Source: an uncultured Clostridia bacterium
Lineage (GTDB): Bacteria > Bacillota > Clostridia > Christensenellales > UBA1242
DNA: 64,000 nucleotides
Assembly: GCA_944381105.1 (NCBI GenBank)
Contig: CALWJU010000022.1
Location: 10,083 to 74,082, forward strand
Reading direction: 5' to 3'
The position numbers were made by a program, and so were the translations under genes. This document shows, piece by piece, positions 63,915-64,000 of this stretch. Every line of letters starts with the position of its first letter. Positions within the stretch are counted from its first letter, which is position 1. The notes under the pieces were generated by a model. It had not been told where the DNA came from and made no database searches. It saw only the letters and a list, made by a program, of their open reading frames with translations.

Positions 63915-64000
63915 AAGCCTACGCTCATCACTTGGAGTCCTGTCAGGGTTAAGCCTTTCAAGCCTTGACCTCTTGACAGGTTGTGGGGTGGTTTTAATCA

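Noticed and set aside
1-64000. Alternative genetic code (TGA = Trp or Gly), because nearly all stops are TAA or TAG
   Set aside because: Conserved long genes (uvrA, uvrB, glyQS, metG, PBP) are full length under the standard code. Trp positions are TGG. The XRE gene plausibly ends at TGA. TAA/TAG dominance is expected at this low G+C.
57760-64000. Prophage or integrative-element identity for the AAA/VWA locus
   Set aside because: No integrase, transposase, tRNA target, terminal repeats or phage structural genes are visible in the window. The upstream flank is cut off, so mobility can be neither claimed nor excluded.

Overview
This is a low-GC bacterial chromosomal segment that uses the standard genetic code: conserved genes are intact and Trp is TGG. 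The gene content fits an anaerobic, peptidoglycan-containing Bacillota-like organism. I support about 33 protein-coding genes. I saw no rRNA, tRNA, CRISPR array, transposase or integrase. All family calls rest on motifs read from the translations; no database search was run.

Recognisable housekeeping genes:
- radC, uvrB and uvrA (uvrB and uvrA are separated by a lipoprotein gene), and metG.
- A minimal rsmH / FtsL-position gene / PBP2B block, preceded by a CvpA-like fusion protein.
- Two tandem YugP-type Zn-peptidases.
- glyQS with a glycine T-box leader, a YbiT-type ABC-F ATPase and cardiolipin synthase.
- A redox cluster: a ferritin-like di-iron protein, a U32 protein and desulfoferrodoxin.
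- MBL-fold hydrolases.

Two giant ORFs fill about 39% of the window. One is more than 4,814 aa with its 5' end outside the window, and has a GLUG-like beta-helix repeat architecture. The other is 3,496 aa with an N-terminal membrane anchor, followed by cls.

The most unusual locus is at the 3' edge (58431..64000, minus strand). It is a translationally coupled three-gene operon:
- A MoxR/AAA_5-like ATPase carrying five tandem ~110-aa repeats of an unrecognised module.
- A 124-aa protein that looks like a P-loop-less AAA core.
- An HExxH-metallopeptidase/VWA (DUF2201-like) protein split by a ~360-aa low-complexity linker.

Other points worth a second look:
- MetRS has TLGN in place of the HIGH motif.
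- The ABC-F has a destroyed NBD2 Walker A.
- The Gly T-box is compact.
- Several genes have a consensus -10 box exactly 6 nt from the ATG, so they are likely leaderless.
- There are two small divergent regulator-like pairs.
- There are near-pure A/T intergenic tracts.
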